This document shows, in pieces, positions 32,149-43,026 of a stretch of 64,000 bases of DNA. The position numbers and the translations under genes are program-made. The stretch lies in NCBI RefSeq assembly GCF_044324875.1, contig NZ_CP172185.1; one strand, written 5' to 3'. The notes under the pieces were generated by a model, which made no database searches, was not told the origin of the DNA, and was given only the letters and a program-made list of their open reading frames with translations. The stretch comes from Escherichia coli. Its GTDB lineage: Bacteria > Pseudomonadota > Gammaproteobacteria > Enterobacterales > Enterobacteriaceae. Numbering within the stretch: the first letter of the stretch is position 1; the number at the start of each line of letters is the position of its first letter.

Positions 32149-32216
32149 TAGCCAACCTCAAAAAGAAACTCTATCCACATTAGTCATTACTCATCCATGC
32201 AAGTAGTGGATGAATC

Positions 32217-32534
32217 TCAATTTCTCCGCTGCTCTATTGCCGTAATCGCCTCCACGCGTTGTTGATGACGACCGCCTTCGTACTGCGCGCCCAGCCACGC
32301 ATCCACAATCATTTTTGCCAGTTCGAGGCCAACCACTCGTGAACCAAAAGCCAGTGCAACTTCACTGGCGTAATGCGGATAATCAGTACGCTCTGACGAC
32401 CTGGTTTCTTTATCAATCCCCTCACTCATTGACCATGAATAAAAGGCTGGCACAGCAACGCAGAATCCTGCGGTGCCAGCGACATGACCGCCCATTGCTC
32501 CGGTACGTTTTTTAATAAAAAACACCGGTTGCAT
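32217..32534 (-). pseudogene. rpiB: Truncated ribose-5-phosphate isomerase B remnant
   Basis: C-terminal ~46 residues (AFGSRVVGLELAKMIVDAWLGAQYEGGRHQQRVEAITAIEQRRN) and the SSERTDYPHYAS segment match RpiB as I recall it, but the central catalytic region (ICGTGVG… block) is missing and the N-terminal 40 residues are not recognisable. Confidence 0.6.
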
Positions 32535-32786
32535 TGATTAATTGTGCTCAGTATTTGCCGAAGTACAATATATATAATAAATATATAAAACACCTCATAT
32601 TATTTACAGAGATAATAAATTCGCGTACTTTTCCCTCTTCAGCACAAATGCCTAATAAAATGGCTCGCTCCGCTCACACTTCCACTTATTAAAGTCGCAA
32701 ATTCCCAATTATGATAACGCCAGCTTTAAATGACGTATTTTGCATGGATTACATATTTACGACACAAATGATAAATGGAGATTTAT

Positions 32787-34772
32787 ATGAATAACTCTCG
32801 GTTATTCCGTTTGAGCAGGATTGTTATTGCGTTAACTGCCGCCAGCGGCATGATGGTAAATACCGCTTACGCAACAGATGAAGCGAAAGCCGCCACTCAA
32901 TATACCCAACAGGTTAATCAGAATTACGCCAAATCATTACCGTTTAGCGATCGTCAGGATTTTGACGATGCCCAGCGTGGATTTATCGCCCCGCTGCTGG
33001 ATGAAGGTATTCTGCGTGATGCGAACGGTAAAGTTTACTACCGCGCAGACGATTACAAATTTGATATTAATGCCGCTGCGCCGGAAACCGTAAACCCCAG
33101 CCTGTGGCGTCAGTCGCAAATCAACGGTATTTCTGGCCTGTTCAAAGTCACCGATAAAATGTATCAGGTGCGCGGCCAGGATATCTCTAACATTACGTTC
33201 GTTGAGGGCGAGAAAGGCATTATTGTTATCGACCCGCTGGTGACGCCGCCTGCCGCAAAAGCCGCACTTGATCTTTACTTCCAGCATCGTCCGCAAAAAC
33301 CGATTGTTGCTGTGATTTACACCCACAGCCACGCCGACCATTATGGCGGTGTGAAAGGCATTATCTCTGAAGCGGATGTTAAATCCGGCAAAGTGCAGGT
33401 GATCGCTCCGGCAGGCTTTATGGACGAAGCCATCAGCGAAAACGTGCTGGCGGGTAACATCATGAGCCGCCGTGCGCTCTACTCTTACGGTCTGTTACTG
33501 CCGCACAACGCGCAAGGCAACGTGGGCAACGGCCTGGGCGTGACGCTGGCAACCGGCGACCCGAGCATTATTGCACCGACTAAAACTATCGTCAGAACTG
33601 GCGAGAAGATGATTATCGACGGCCTGGAATTTGACTTCCTGATGACTCCGGGTAGCGAAGCGCCAGCCGAAATGCACTTCTATATTCCGGCCCTGAAAGC
33701 CCTGTGTACCGCCGAGAACGCCACGCATACCCTGCACAACTTCTACACTCTGCGCGGCGCGAAAACCCGCGATACCAGCAAGTGGACCGAGTACCTGAAC
33801 GAAACGCTGGATATGTGGGGTAACGACGCGGAAGTACTGTTTATGCCGCACACCTGGCCGGTCTGGGGCAATAAGCATATCAATGATTATATTGGTAAAT
33901 ATCGCGATACTATCAAGTACATTCACGACCAGACCCTGCACCTGGCGAACCAGGGCTACACCATGAATGAAATCGGCGACATGATTAAGCTGCCGCCTGC
34001 GCTTGCCAATAACTGGGCCAGCCGCGGCTATTACGGTTCTGTCAGCCACAACGCCCGCGCGGTGTATAACTTCTATCTTGGCTATTACGACGGTAACCCG
34101 GCTAACCTACATCCGTATGGTCAGGTGGAGATGGGTAAACGTTACGTGAAAGCGCTGGGCGGTTCTGCCCGCGTCATCAACCTGGCGCAAGAAGCGAACA
34201 AGCAAGGTGATTACCGTTGGTCGGCAGAACTGCTGAAACAGGTGATTGCCGCCAACCCTGGTGACCAGGTCGCGAAGAATCTGCAAGCGAATAACTTTGA
34301 ACAGCTGGGCTATCAGGCCGAGTCCGCCACCTGGCGCGGTTTCTACCTGACCGGCGCGAAAGAGCTGCGCGAAGGGGTGCATAAATTCAACCACGGCACC
34401 ACCGGTTCCCCGGACACCCTTCGCGGAATGTCGGTCGAAATGCTGTTCGACTTTATGTCCGTTCGCCTCGATAGTGCGAAAGCCGCGGGTAAAAATATCA
34501 GCCTGAACTTCAATATGAGCAACGGCGATAACCTCAACCTGACGCTGAACGATAGCGTGCTTAACTACCGTAAAACGCTGCAACCGCAAGCCGACGCCTC
34601 TTTCTACATCAGCCGTGAAGATCTGCATGCCGTGCTGACCGGACAAGTCAAAATAGTGGATCTGGTAAAAGCGAAGAAAGCCAAAATTATTGGCAATGGC
34701 GCGAAACTGGAAGAAATTATTGCCTGTCTGGATAATTTCGATTTGTGGGTGAATATCGTAACCCCAAATTAA
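32787..34772 (+). CDS. yjcS: MBL-fold alkyl/aryl sulfatase (SdsA1-like)
   Basis: 661 aa; signal peptide, THSHADH zinc motif, SCP2-like C-terminus; start set at second ATG (MNNSRLFRL…). Confidence 0.9.
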   Translation: MNNSRLFRLSRIVIALTAASGMMVNTAYATDEAKAATQYTQQVNQNYAKSLPFSDRQDFDDAQRGFIAPLLDEGILRDANGKVYYRADDYKFDINAAAPETVNPSLWRQSQINGISGLFKVTDKMYQVRGQDISNITFVEGEKGIIVIDPLVTPPAAKAALDLYFQHRPQKPIVAVIYTHSHADHYGGVKGIISEADVKSGKVQVIAPAGFMDEAISENVLAGNIMSRRALYSYGLLLPHNAQGNVGNGLGVTLATGDPSIIAPTKTIVRTGEKMIIDGLEFDFLMTPGSEAPAEMHFYIPALKALCTAENATHTLHNFYTLRGAKTRDTSKWTEYLNETLDMWGNDAEVLFMPHTWPVWGNKHINDYIGKYRDTIKYIHDQTLHLANQGYTMNEIGDMIKLPPALANNWASRGYYGSVSHNARAVYNFYLGYYDGNPANLHPYGQVEMGKRYVKALGGSARVINLAQEANKQGDYRWSAELLKQVIAANPGDQVAKNLQANNFEQLGYQAESATWRGFYLTGAKELREGVHKFNHGTTGSPDTLRGMSVEMLFDFMSVRLDSAKAAGKNISLNFNMSNGDNLNLTLNDSVLNYRKTLQPQADASFYISREDLHAVLTGQVKIVDLVKAKKAKIIGNGAKLEEIIACLDNFDLWVNIVTPN

Positions 34773-34980
34773 TGCCACTCACTTTTGGGGGCGCTTAAGC
34801 CCTCAAAAGCATTTATTTTAAAAATACATACAACAAATTAATACATAAAATATATAAGTTATGAATGCGGTGGCTGAATAAAGCTATTTTTATTCATCGA
34901 GAAAATAGCCATACTGACGCCTTCAATGGATATTGATATTCACTACAGATATTGTTCGCAGCAGACAGGATGTATTTAAT

Positions 34981-35256
34981 ATGCCAACAGTTCTCTCTCG
35001 CATGGCGATGCAACTCAAAAAAACAGCCTGGATAATTCCCGTCTTCATGGTTTCGGGATGCTCATTATCTCCGGCAATCCCGGTGATCGGCGCTTATTAT
35101 CCCAGCTGGTTTTTCTGCGCCATTGCCAGCCTTATTTTGACGCTCATCACGAGGCGAATTATTCAGCGGGCACATATCAATCTGGCATTTGTCGGAATTA
35201 TTTATACCGCCCTTTTTGCTCTCTACGCCATGCTGTTCTGGTTGGCATTTTTCTAA
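34981..35256 (+). CDS. ytcA: Small lipoprotein/membrane protein YtcA
   Basis: 91 aa from ATG 34981; lipobox-like MVSGCSL followed by TM helices; immediately upstream of mdtN. Confidence 0.8.
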   Translation: MPTVLSRMAMQLKKTAWIIPVFMVSGCSLSPAIPVIGAYYPSWFFCAIASLILTLITRRIIQRAHINLAFVGIIYTALFALYAMLFWLAFF

Positions 35257-35274
35257 TCTATTTGAGACGCGCTC

Positions 35275-36306
35275 ATGGAAAGTACGCCGAAAAAAGCTCC
35301 TCGCAGTAAATTCCCTGCTCTGTTAGTGGTTGCGTTGGCGCTGGTTGCCCTTGTTTTCGTTATCTGGCGCGTAGACAGTGCGCCATCAACTAATGACGCT
35401 TACGCGTCAGCAGATACCATTGATGTGGTGCCGGAAGTCAGCGGTCGCATTGTAGAACTGGCGGTCACCGACAACCAGGCGGTGAAACAGGGCGATTTGC
35501 TGTTCCGCATCGACCCGCGCCCGTACGAAGCCAATCTGGCGAAAGCCGAAGCCTCCCTCGCGGCGCTGGATAAGCAAATTATGCTCACCCAGCGTAGCGT
35601 TGACGCACAACAGTTTGGTGCCGACTCGGTTAATGCCACGGTAGAAAAAGCCCGTGCCGCTGCAAAACAGGCCAGCGATACATTACGCCGCACCGAGCCA
35701 TTACTGAAAGAAGGTTTTGTTTCTGCGGAAGAGGTTGACCGTGCAAGAACGGCGCAGCGCGCCGCAGAAGCCGATCTTAACGCCGTTTTATTACAGGCGC
35801 AGTCAGCCGCCAGCGCCGTCAGCGGCGTGGATGCATTAGTTGCCCAGCGTGCGGCAGTGGAAGCGGATATTGCGTTGACCAAACTGCATCTGGAAATGGC
35901 GACCGTTCGCGCGCCGTTTGATGGCCGGGTCATTTCCCTCAAAACCTCCGTCGGGCAATTTGCTTCTGCCATGCGCCCTATTTTCACCCTAATCGACACT
36001 CGTCACTGGTACGTGATCGCCAATTTCCGCGAAACTGATCTGAAAAATATTCGCTCAGGTACACCCGCAACGATTCGCCTGATGAGCGACAGCGGCAAAA
36101 CCTTCGAGGGTAAAGTGGATTCGATTGGCTACGGCGTGCTACCGGATGACGGCGGTCTGGTGCTGGGCGGCCTGCCGAAAGTGTCGCGTTCTATTAACTG
36201 GGTCCGCGTTGCCCAGCGTTTTCCGGTCAAAATCATGGTTGATAAACCTGACCCGGAAATGTTCCGCATCGGCGCTTCGGCAGTCGCTAATCTTGAGCCG
36301 CAATAA
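35275..36306 (+). CDS. mdtN: Efflux pump membrane fusion protein (HlyD family)
   Basis: 343 aa; N-terminal TM anchor and coiled-coil region; first gene of mdtNOP. Confidence 0.9.
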   Translation: MESTPKKAPRSKFPALLVVALALVALVFVIWRVDSAPSTNDAYASADTIDVVPEVSGRIVELAVTDNQAVKQGDLLFRIDPRPYEANLAKAEASLAALDKQIMLTQRSVDAQQFGADSVNATVEKARAAAKQASDTLRRTEPLLKEGFVSAEEVDRARTAQRAAEADLNAVLLQAQSAASAVSGVDALVAQRAAVEADIALTKLHLEMATVRAPFDGRVISLKTSVGQFASAMRPIFTLIDTRHWYVIANFRETDLKNIRSGTPATIRLMSDSGKTFEGKVDSIGYGVLPDDGGLVLGGLPKVSRSINWVRVAQRFPVKIMVDKPDPEMFRIGASAVANLEPQ

Positions 36307-38357
36307 TGAGTGCGCTCAACTCCCTGCCATTACCGGTGGTCAGGCTGCTGGCGTTCTTTCATGAAGAGTTAAGCGAGCGGCGGCCAGGTCGTGTGCCGCA
36401 GACCGTGCAACTCTGGGTAGGCTGCCTGCTGGTGATTCTGATCTCGATGACTTTTGAGATCCCTTTTGTGGCGTTATCACTGGCAGTGCTGTTTTACGGT
36501 ATTCAGTCGAACGCGTTTTACACCAAATTTGTGGCGATCTTGTTTGTGGTCGCCACGATGCTGGAAATCGCCAGCCTGTTTTTGATCTACAAATGGTCAT
36601 ATGGCGAACCGTTGATCCGATTGATCATTGCCGGACCGATCCTGATGGGCTGTATGTTTTTGATGCGCACCCATCGGTTGGGGCTGGTCTTTTTCGCCGT
36701 CGCCATTGTCGCTATTTACGGGCAAACCTTCCCCGCCATGCTCGACTATCCGGAAGTGGTCGTGCGCTTAACCCTGTGGTGTATCGTTGTTGGCCTCTAT
36801 CCAACCTTGCTGATGACGTTAATCGGCGTGCTGTGGTTTCCCAGCCGCGCCATTACGCAAATGCATCAAGCGCTTAATGATCGGCTTGATGATGCCATTA
36901 GTCACCTGACGGACAGCCTCGCACCGCTACCCGAAACGCGGATTGAAAGAGAGGCGCTGGCGCTGCAAAAACTCAATGTCTTTTGCCTCGCGGACGATGC
37001 CAACTGGCGAACTCAGAGCGCATGGTGGCAAAGCTGCGTGGCAACGGTAACCTACATTTACTCGACGCTGAATCGCTACGATCCCACCTCTTTTGCTGAT
37101 TCTCAGGCAATTATTGAATTTCGGCAAAAATTAGCCACAGAAATCAACAAACTGCAGCATGCCATTGCCGAAGGTCAGTGCTGGCAAAGCGACTGGCGGA
37201 TCAGTGAAAGTGAAGCGATGGCGGCACGGGAATGTAACCTGGAGAATATCTGCCAGACATTGTTGCAACTGGGTCAGATGGACCCGAATACGCCGCCAAC
37301 GCCCGCCACCAAACCGCCATCAATGGTCGCCGACGCTTTTACCAATCCAGACTATATGCGCTACGCGGTAAAAACGCTGCTCGCCTGTTTGATCTGTTAC
37401 ACCTTCTACAGCGGCGTGGACTGGGAAGGCATTCACACCTGTATGCTGACCTGCGTGATCGTCGCTAACCCGAATGTTGGTTCGTCGTATCAGAAAATGG
37501 CGCTGCGTTTTGGCGGTGCCTTCTGCGGTGCAATTCTGGCGCTGTTATTCACGCTACTGGTCATGCCCTGGCTGGACAATATTGTCGAATTGCTGTTTGT
37601 GCTGGCACCGATTTTCCTGTTGGGCGCATGGATTGCCACCAGCTCTGAACGCTCTTCTTATATCGGCACACAGATGGTGGTTACCTTCGCGCTCGCCACG
37701 CTCGAAAATGTTTTTGGCCCGGTGTACGACCTGGTGGAAATTCGCGATCGCGCCCTGGGTATCATCATTGGTACCGTGGTGTCTGCGGTGATTTACACCT
37801 TTGTCTGGCCTGAAAGTGAAGCGCGCACACTGCCGCAAAAACTGGCTGGCGCGCTGGGTATGTTGAGTAAAGTAATGCGGATCCCACGCCAGCAGGAAGT
37901 CACGGCTCTGCGCACTTATCTGCAAATTCGTATAGGTCTGCATGCGGCGTTTAATGCCTGTGAAGAGATGTGCCAACGCGTGGCGCTGGAGCGTCAACTG
38001 GACAGCGAAGAACGCGCTTTACTGATTGAACGTTCGCAAACGGTTATTCGTCAGGGCCGCGATATTCTTCACGCCTGGGATGCAACCTGGAACTCGGCGC
38101 AAGCGCTGGATAACGCACTACAGCCGGACAGAGCAAATCAGTTTGCCGACGCACTGGAGAAATACGCCGCCGGTCTGGCAACCGCACTCAGCCGTTCTCC
38201 TCAAATAACGCTTGAAGAAACACCCGCCTCGCAGGCCATCCTGCCGACCTTATTAAAACAGGAGCAACACGTCTGCCAGCTTTTCGCCCGCTTGCCAGAC
38301 TGGACAGCCCCGGCATTAACGCCCGCCACGGAACAGGTACAAGGAGCCATGCAATGA
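36306..38357 (+). CDS. mdtO: Efflux pump inner membrane component (FUSC/AaeB-like)
   Basis: 683 aa polytopic membrane protein; start overlaps mdtN stop. Confidence 0.9.
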   Translation: MSALNSLPLPVVRLLAFFHEELSERRPGRVPQTVQLWVGCLLVILISMTFEIPFVALSLAVLFYGIQSNAFYTKFVAILFVVATMLEIASLFLIYKWSYGEPLIRLIIAGPILMGCMFLMRTHRLGLVFFAVAIVAIYGQTFPAMLDYPEVVVRLTLWCIVVGLYPTLLMTLIGVLWFPSRAITQMHQALNDRLDDAISHLTDSLAPLPETRIEREALALQKLNVFCLADDANWRTQSAWWQSCVATVTYIYSTLNRYDPTSFADSQAIIEFRQKLATEINKLQHAIAEGQCWQSDWRISESEAMAARECNLENICQTLLQLGQMDPNTPPTPATKPPSMVADAFTNPDYMRYAVKTLLACLICYTFYSGVDWEGIHTCMLTCVIVANPNVGSSYQKMALRFGGAFCGAILALLFTLLVMPWLDNIVELLFVLAPIFLLGAWIATSSERSSYIGTQMVVTFALATLENVFGPVYDLVEIRDRALGIIIGTVVSAVIYTFVWPESEARTLPQKLAGALGMLSKVMRIPRQQEVTALRTYLQIRIGLHAAFNACEEMCQRVALERQLDSEERALLIERSQTVIRQGRDILHAWDATWNSAQALDNALQPDRANQFADALEKYAAGLATALSRSPQITLEETPASQAILPTLLKQEQHVCQLFARLPDWTAPALTPATEQVQGAMQ

Positions 38358-39820
38358 TCAATCGTCAACTTTCACGCCTGCTGTTGTGCAGCATTCTCGG
38401 CAGCACGACGCTGATTTCCGGCTGTGCCCTGGTACGTAAGGATTCTGCACCTCATCAACAGCTCAAACCGGAACAAATCAAACTGGCCGATGATATTCAT
38501 CTTGCCAGCTCCGGCTGGCCGCAGGCGCAGTGGTGGAAACAACTCAATGACCCGCAGCTGGATGCGCTGATCCAACGGACGCTAAGTGGTTCACACACCC
38601 TCGCCGAAGCGAAACTGCGGGAAGAAAAAGCGCAGTCCCAGGCCGATTTGTTAGATGCCGGTTCACAATTACAGGTCGCAGCGTTAGGGATGCTCAACCG
38701 CCAACTTGTCTCGGCGAACGGCTTTTTAAGCCCTTATGCGATGGATGCGCCAGCACTGGGTATGGACGGGCCGTACTATACGGAAGCCACAGTAGGTTTG
38801 TTTGCCGGACTGGATCTCGATTTGTGGGGTGTGCATCGCTCAGCGGTTGCCGCTGCCATTGGCGCGCATAATGCCGCGCTGGCAGAAACCGCAGCAGTAG
38901 AGCTATCGCTGACCACGGGCGTAGCGCAGCTTTATTACAGTATGCAGGCCAGCTATCAGATGCTCGATCTGTTAGAACAAACACGCGATGTGATTGATTA
39001 CGCGGTAAAAGCGCACCAGAGTAAAGTGGCGCACGGTCTGGAAGCGCAAGTGCCTTTCCACGGCGCGCGGGCACAGATTCTGGCGGTCGATAAACAAATT
39101 GCTGCCGTTAAAGGGCAAATCACCGAAACGCGAGAATCTCTGCGTGCATTGATTGGCGCAGGAGCCAGCGATATGCCGGAGATCAGACCGGTGGCATTAC
39201 CGCAAGTCCAGACCGGCATTCCGGCGACACTCTCTTATGAGTTGCTCGCCAGACGCCCGGATCTGCAAGCGATGCGCTGGTATGTTCAGGCGTCATTAGA
39301 TCAGGTGGATTCCGCGCGGGCGTTGTTCTACCCGAGCTTTGATATCAAAGCGTTTTTCGGCCTTGATGCCATCCACCTGGATACCTTATCCAAAAAAACC
39401 AGTCGCCAGTTCAACTTTATCCCGGGTCTGAAATTGCCGCTGTTTGACGGTGGACGGTTGAATGCCAATCTCGAAGGCACTCGCGCCGCCAGCAACATGA
39501 TGATTGAACGTTACAACCAGTCAGTACTGAACGCGGTGCGCGACGTTGCCGTCAACGGCACGCGTCTGCAAACGCTTAACGACGAGCGAGAGATGCAGGC
39601 TGAACGCGTGGAAGCAACGCGCTTCACCCAGCGCGCTGCCGAGGCCGCCTATCAACGCGGCTTAACCAGCCGCTTACAGGCCACCGAAGCCCGGTTGCCA
39701 GTGCTTGCCGAGGAGATGTCATTACTGATGCTGGACAGCCGCCGGGTGATCCAAAGCATTCAGTTGATGAAATCGCTGGGCGGCGGGTATCAGGCAAGTC
39801 CCGTCGTCGAGAAAAAATAA
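38354..39820 (+). CDS. mdtP: Outer membrane efflux lipoprotein (OMF/TolC-like)
   Basis: 488 aa; lipobox LISGCAL; overlapping start with mdtO. Confidence 0.9.
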   Translation: MINRQLSRLLLCSILGSTTLISGCALVRKDSAPHQQLKPEQIKLADDIHLASSGWPQAQWWKQLNDPQLDALIQRTLSGSHTLAEAKLREEKAQSQADLLDAGSQLQVAALGMLNRQLVSANGFLSPYAMDAPALGMDGPYYTEATVGLFAGLDLDLWGVHRSAVAAAIGAHNAALAETAAVELSLTTGVAQLYYSMQASYQMLDLLEQTRDVIDYAVKAHQSKVAHGLEAQVPFHGARAQILAVDKQIAAVKGQITETRESLRALIGAGASDMPEIRPVALPQVQTGIPATLSYELLARRPDLQAMRWYVQASLDQVDSARALFYPSFDIKAFFGLDAIHLDTLSKKTSRQFNFIPGLKLPLFDGGRLNANLEGTRAASNMMIERYNQSVLNAVRDVAVNGTRLQTLNDEREMQAERVEATRFTQRAAEAAYQRGLTSRLQATEARLPVLAEEMSLLMLDSRRVIQSIQLMKSLGGGYQASPVVEKK

Positions 39821-39950
39821 AATGTCTGCCGCGTGATGGCTGTCACGCGGTATTTCGTTTCGTCACGTCAAAACTGACGACAGCCTGTTTTTCGTCAGAG
39901 TTTTGAATAAATAGTGCCCGTAATATCAGGGAATGACCCCAAATAAAATG

Positions 39951-39966
39951 TGGCATAAAAGATGCA
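39951..39966 (+). promoter_or_regulatory. Sigma-54 (-24/-12) promoter of fdhF
   Basis: TGGCAT-aaaag-ATGCA matches the TGGCAC-N5-TTGCA consensus, about 50 bp upstream of the fdhF ATG; an inverted repeat cgtcacgtcaaaactgacgacag about 80 bp further upstream is a candidate FhlA UAS. Confidence 0.55.
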
Positions 39967-40017
39967 TACTGTAGTCGAGAGCGCGTATGCGTGATTTGAT
40001 TAACTGGAGCGAGACCG

Positions 40018-42165
40018 ATGAAAAAAGTCGTCACGGTTTGCCCCTATTGCGCATCAGGTTGCAAAATCAACCTGGTCGTCGATAACGGCAAAATCGTCCG
40101 GGCGGAGGCAGCGCAGGGGAAAACCAACCAGGGTACCCTGTGTCTGAAGGGTTATTATGGCTGGGATTTCATTAACGATACCCAGATCCTGACCCCGCGC
40201 CTGAAAACCCCCATGATCCGTCGCCAGCGTGGCGGCAAACTCGAACCTGTTTCCTGGGATGAGGCACTGAATTACGTTGCCGAGCGCCTGAGCGCCATCA
40301 AAGAGAAGTACGGTCCGGATGCCATCCAGACGACCGGCTCCTCGCGTGGTACGGGTAACGAAACCAACTATGTAATGCAAAAATTTGCGCGCGCCGTTAT
40401 TGGTACCAATAACGTTGACTGCTGCGCTCGTGTCTGACACGGCCCATCGGTTGCAGGTCTGCACCAATCGGTCGGTAATGGCGCAATGAGCAATGCTATT
40501 AACGAAATTGATAATACCGATTTAGTGTTCGTTTTCGGGTACAACCCGGCGGATTCCCACCCAATCGTGGCGAATCACGTAATTAACGCTAAACGTAACG
40601 GGGCGAAAATTATCGTCTGCGATCCGCGCAAAATTGAAACCGCGCGCATTGCGGACATGCACATTGCACTGAAAAACGGCTCGAACATCGCGCTGTTGAA
40701 TGCGATGGGCCATGTCATTATTGAAGAAAATCTGTACGACAAAGCGTTCGTCGCTTCCCGCACAGAAGGCTTTGAAGAGTATCGTAAAATCGTTGAAGGC
40801 TACACGCCGGAGTCGGTTGAAGATATCACCGGCGTCAGCGCCAGTGAGATTCGTCAGGCGGCGCGGATGTATGCCCAGGCGAAAAGCGCCGCCATCCTGT
40901 GGGGCATGGGTGTAACCCAGTTCTACCAGGGCGTGGAAACCGTGCGTTCTCTGACCAGCCTCGCGATGCTGACTGGTAACCTCGGTAAGCCGCATGCGGG
41001 TGTAAACCCGGTTCGTGGTCAGAACAACGTGCAGGGTGCCTGCGATATGGGCGCGCTGCCGGATACGTATCCGGGATACCAGTACGTGAAAGATCCGGCT
41101 AACCGCGAGAAATTCGCCAAAGCCTGGGGCGTGGAAAGCCTGCCAGCGCATACCGGCTATCGCATCAGCGAGCTGCCGCACCGCGCAGCGCATGGCGAAG
41201 TGCGTGCCGCGTACATTATGGGCGAAGATCCGCTGCAAACTGACGCGGAGCTGTCGGCAGTACGTAAAGCCTTTGAAGATCTGGAACTGGTTATCGTTCA
41301 GGACATCTTTATGACCAAAACCGCGTCGGCGGCGGATGTTATTTTACCGTCAACGTCGTGGGGCGAGCATGAAGGCGTGTTTACTGCGGCTGACCGTGGT
41401 TTCCAGCGTTTCTTCAAAGCAGTTGAACCGAAATGGGATCTGAAAACGGACTGGCAAATCATCAGTGAAATTGCCACTCGTATGGGTTATCCGATGCACT
41501 ACAACAACACCCAGGAGATCTGGGATGAGTTGCGTCATCTGTGCCCGGATTTCTACGGTGCGACTTACGAAAAAATGGGCGAACTGGGCTTCATTCAGTG
41601 GCCTTGCCGCGATACTTCAGATGCCGATCAGGGGACTTCTTATCTGTTTAAAGAGAAGTTTGATACCCCGAACGGTCTGGCGCAGTTCTTCACCTGCGAC
41701 TGGGTAGCGCCAATCGACAAACTCACCGACGAGTATCCGATGGTACTGTCAACGGTGCGTGAAGTTGGTCACTACTCTTGCCGTTCGATGACCGGTAACT
41801 GTGCGGCACTGGCGGCGCTGGCTGATGAACCTGGCTACGCACAAATCAATACCGAAGACGCCAAACGTCTGGGTATTGAAGATGAGGCATTGGTTTGGGT
41901 GCACTCGCGTAAAGGCAAAATTATCACCCGTGCGCAGGTCAGCGATCGTCCGAACAAAGGGGCGATTTACATGACCTACCAGTGGTGGATTGGTGCCTGT
42001 AACGAGCTGGTTACCGAAAACTTAAGCCCGATTACGAAAACGCCGGAATACAAATACTGCGCCGTGCGCGTCGAGCCGATCGCCGATCAGCGCGCCGCCG
42101 AGCAGTACGTGATTGACGAGTACAACAAGTTGAAAACTCGCCTGCGCGAAGCGGCACTGGCGTAA
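40018..42165 (+). CDS. fdhF: Formate dehydrogenase H, selenocysteine-containing molybdoenzyme
   Basis: 715 codons in one frame with an in-frame TGA at 40435-40437 (…CCARV-U-HGPSVAGLHQ…); N-terminal CPYCASGC Fe-S motif; ORF track splits it into 40018-40437 and 40486-42165 in the same frame. Confidence 0.95.
40435..40480 (+). other. UGA selenocysteine codon plus downstream SECIS hairpin
   Basis: TGA followed immediately by cacggcccatcggttgcaggtctgcaccaatcggtcggtaatggcg, which can fold into the stem-loop (ggttgcaggtctgcacc apex) recognised by SelB. Confidence 0.85.
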
Positions 42166-42177
42166 TACAGTCCTTTC

Positions 42178-42206
42178 TACAGCCTCCTTTCGGAGGCTGT
42201 TTTTTT
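42178..42206 (+). terminator. Rho-independent terminator of fdhF
   Basis: acagcctcc tttc ggaggctgt followed by ttttttt. Confidence 0.6.
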
Positions 42207-42258
42207 ATCCATTCGAACTCTTTATACTGGTTACTCCCTACCCAATCGTATTATCAAA

Positions 42259-42948
42259 ATGAAAAAAATTATCGCATTGATGTTGTTTTTGACATTCTTT
42301 GCCCACGCGAACGACTCCGAGCCTGGCAGCCAGTATTTAAAGGCAGCAGAGGCCGGGGACCGACGCGCACAATATTTTCTTGCCGACAGCTGGTTTAGCT
42401 CCGGCGATTTGAGCAAAGCCGAATATTGGGCACAGAAAGCCGCCGACAGCGGTGATGCTGATGCCTGCGCGCTGTTGGCGCAGATCAAAATCACCAATCC
42501 GGTCAGTCTGGACTATCCACAAGCAAAAGTTCTTGCAGAGAAAGCAGCGCAAGCGGGGAGTAAAGAAGGTGAAGTAACGCTGGCGCATATTCTGGTAAAT
42601 ACGCAAGCGGGTAAACCGGATTATCCAAAGGCGATTTCGCTGTTAGAAAACGCTTCGGAAGATCTGGAGAACGACTCTGCCGTCGATGCCCAAATGCTGC
42701 TTGGTTTGATTTACGCCAACGGCGTGGGCATTAAGGCCGACGATGACAAGGCAACCTGGTATTTCAAACGCAGCTCTGCGATTTCACGAACCGGTTATTC
42801 CGAGTACTGGGCGGGAATGATGTTCTTAAACGGTGAAGAAGGTTTTATCGAGAAGAACAAACAAAAGGCGCTGCACTGGCTGAACCTGAGCTGTATGGAA
42901 GGGTTTGATACCGGGTGTGAAGAGTTTGAAAAATTAACTAACGGTTAA
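42259..42948 (+). CDS. yjcO: Sel1/TPR-like repeat protein YjcO
   Basis: 229 aa, signal peptide, repeated motifs of the Sel1 type (AQ..LA..Y..G.GV..D….A..W). Confidence 0.85.
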   Translation: MKKIIALMLFLTFFAHANDSEPGSQYLKAAEAGDRRAQYFLADSWFSSGDLSKAEYWAQKAADSGDADACALLAQIKITNPVSLDYPQAKVLAEKAAQAGSKEGEVTLAHILVNTQAGKPDYPKAISLLENASEDLENDSAVDAQMLLGLIYANGVGIKADDDKATWYFKRSSAISRTGYSEYWAGMMFLNGEEGFIEKNKQKALHWLNLSCMEGFDTGCEEFEKLTNG

Positions 42949-42952
42949 GGTA

Positions 42953-43000
42953 GGCCTGATAAGACGCGTTAAGCGTCGCATCAGGCATCCACATATTGCC
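42953..43000. repeat. REP element between convergent yjcO and gltP
   Basis: ggcctgataagacgcgttaagcgtcgcatcaggc. Confidence 0.55.
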
Positions 43001-43026
43001 GGGTGGATATCCCCGGCAATCTTCAA

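Noticed and set aside
40018-40437. Stand-alone 139-aa Fe-S protein ending at TGA
   Set aside because: The downstream 559-aa ORF is in the same frame and the TGA is followed by a SECIS-like hairpin, so this is the N-terminal part of selenoprotein fdhF.
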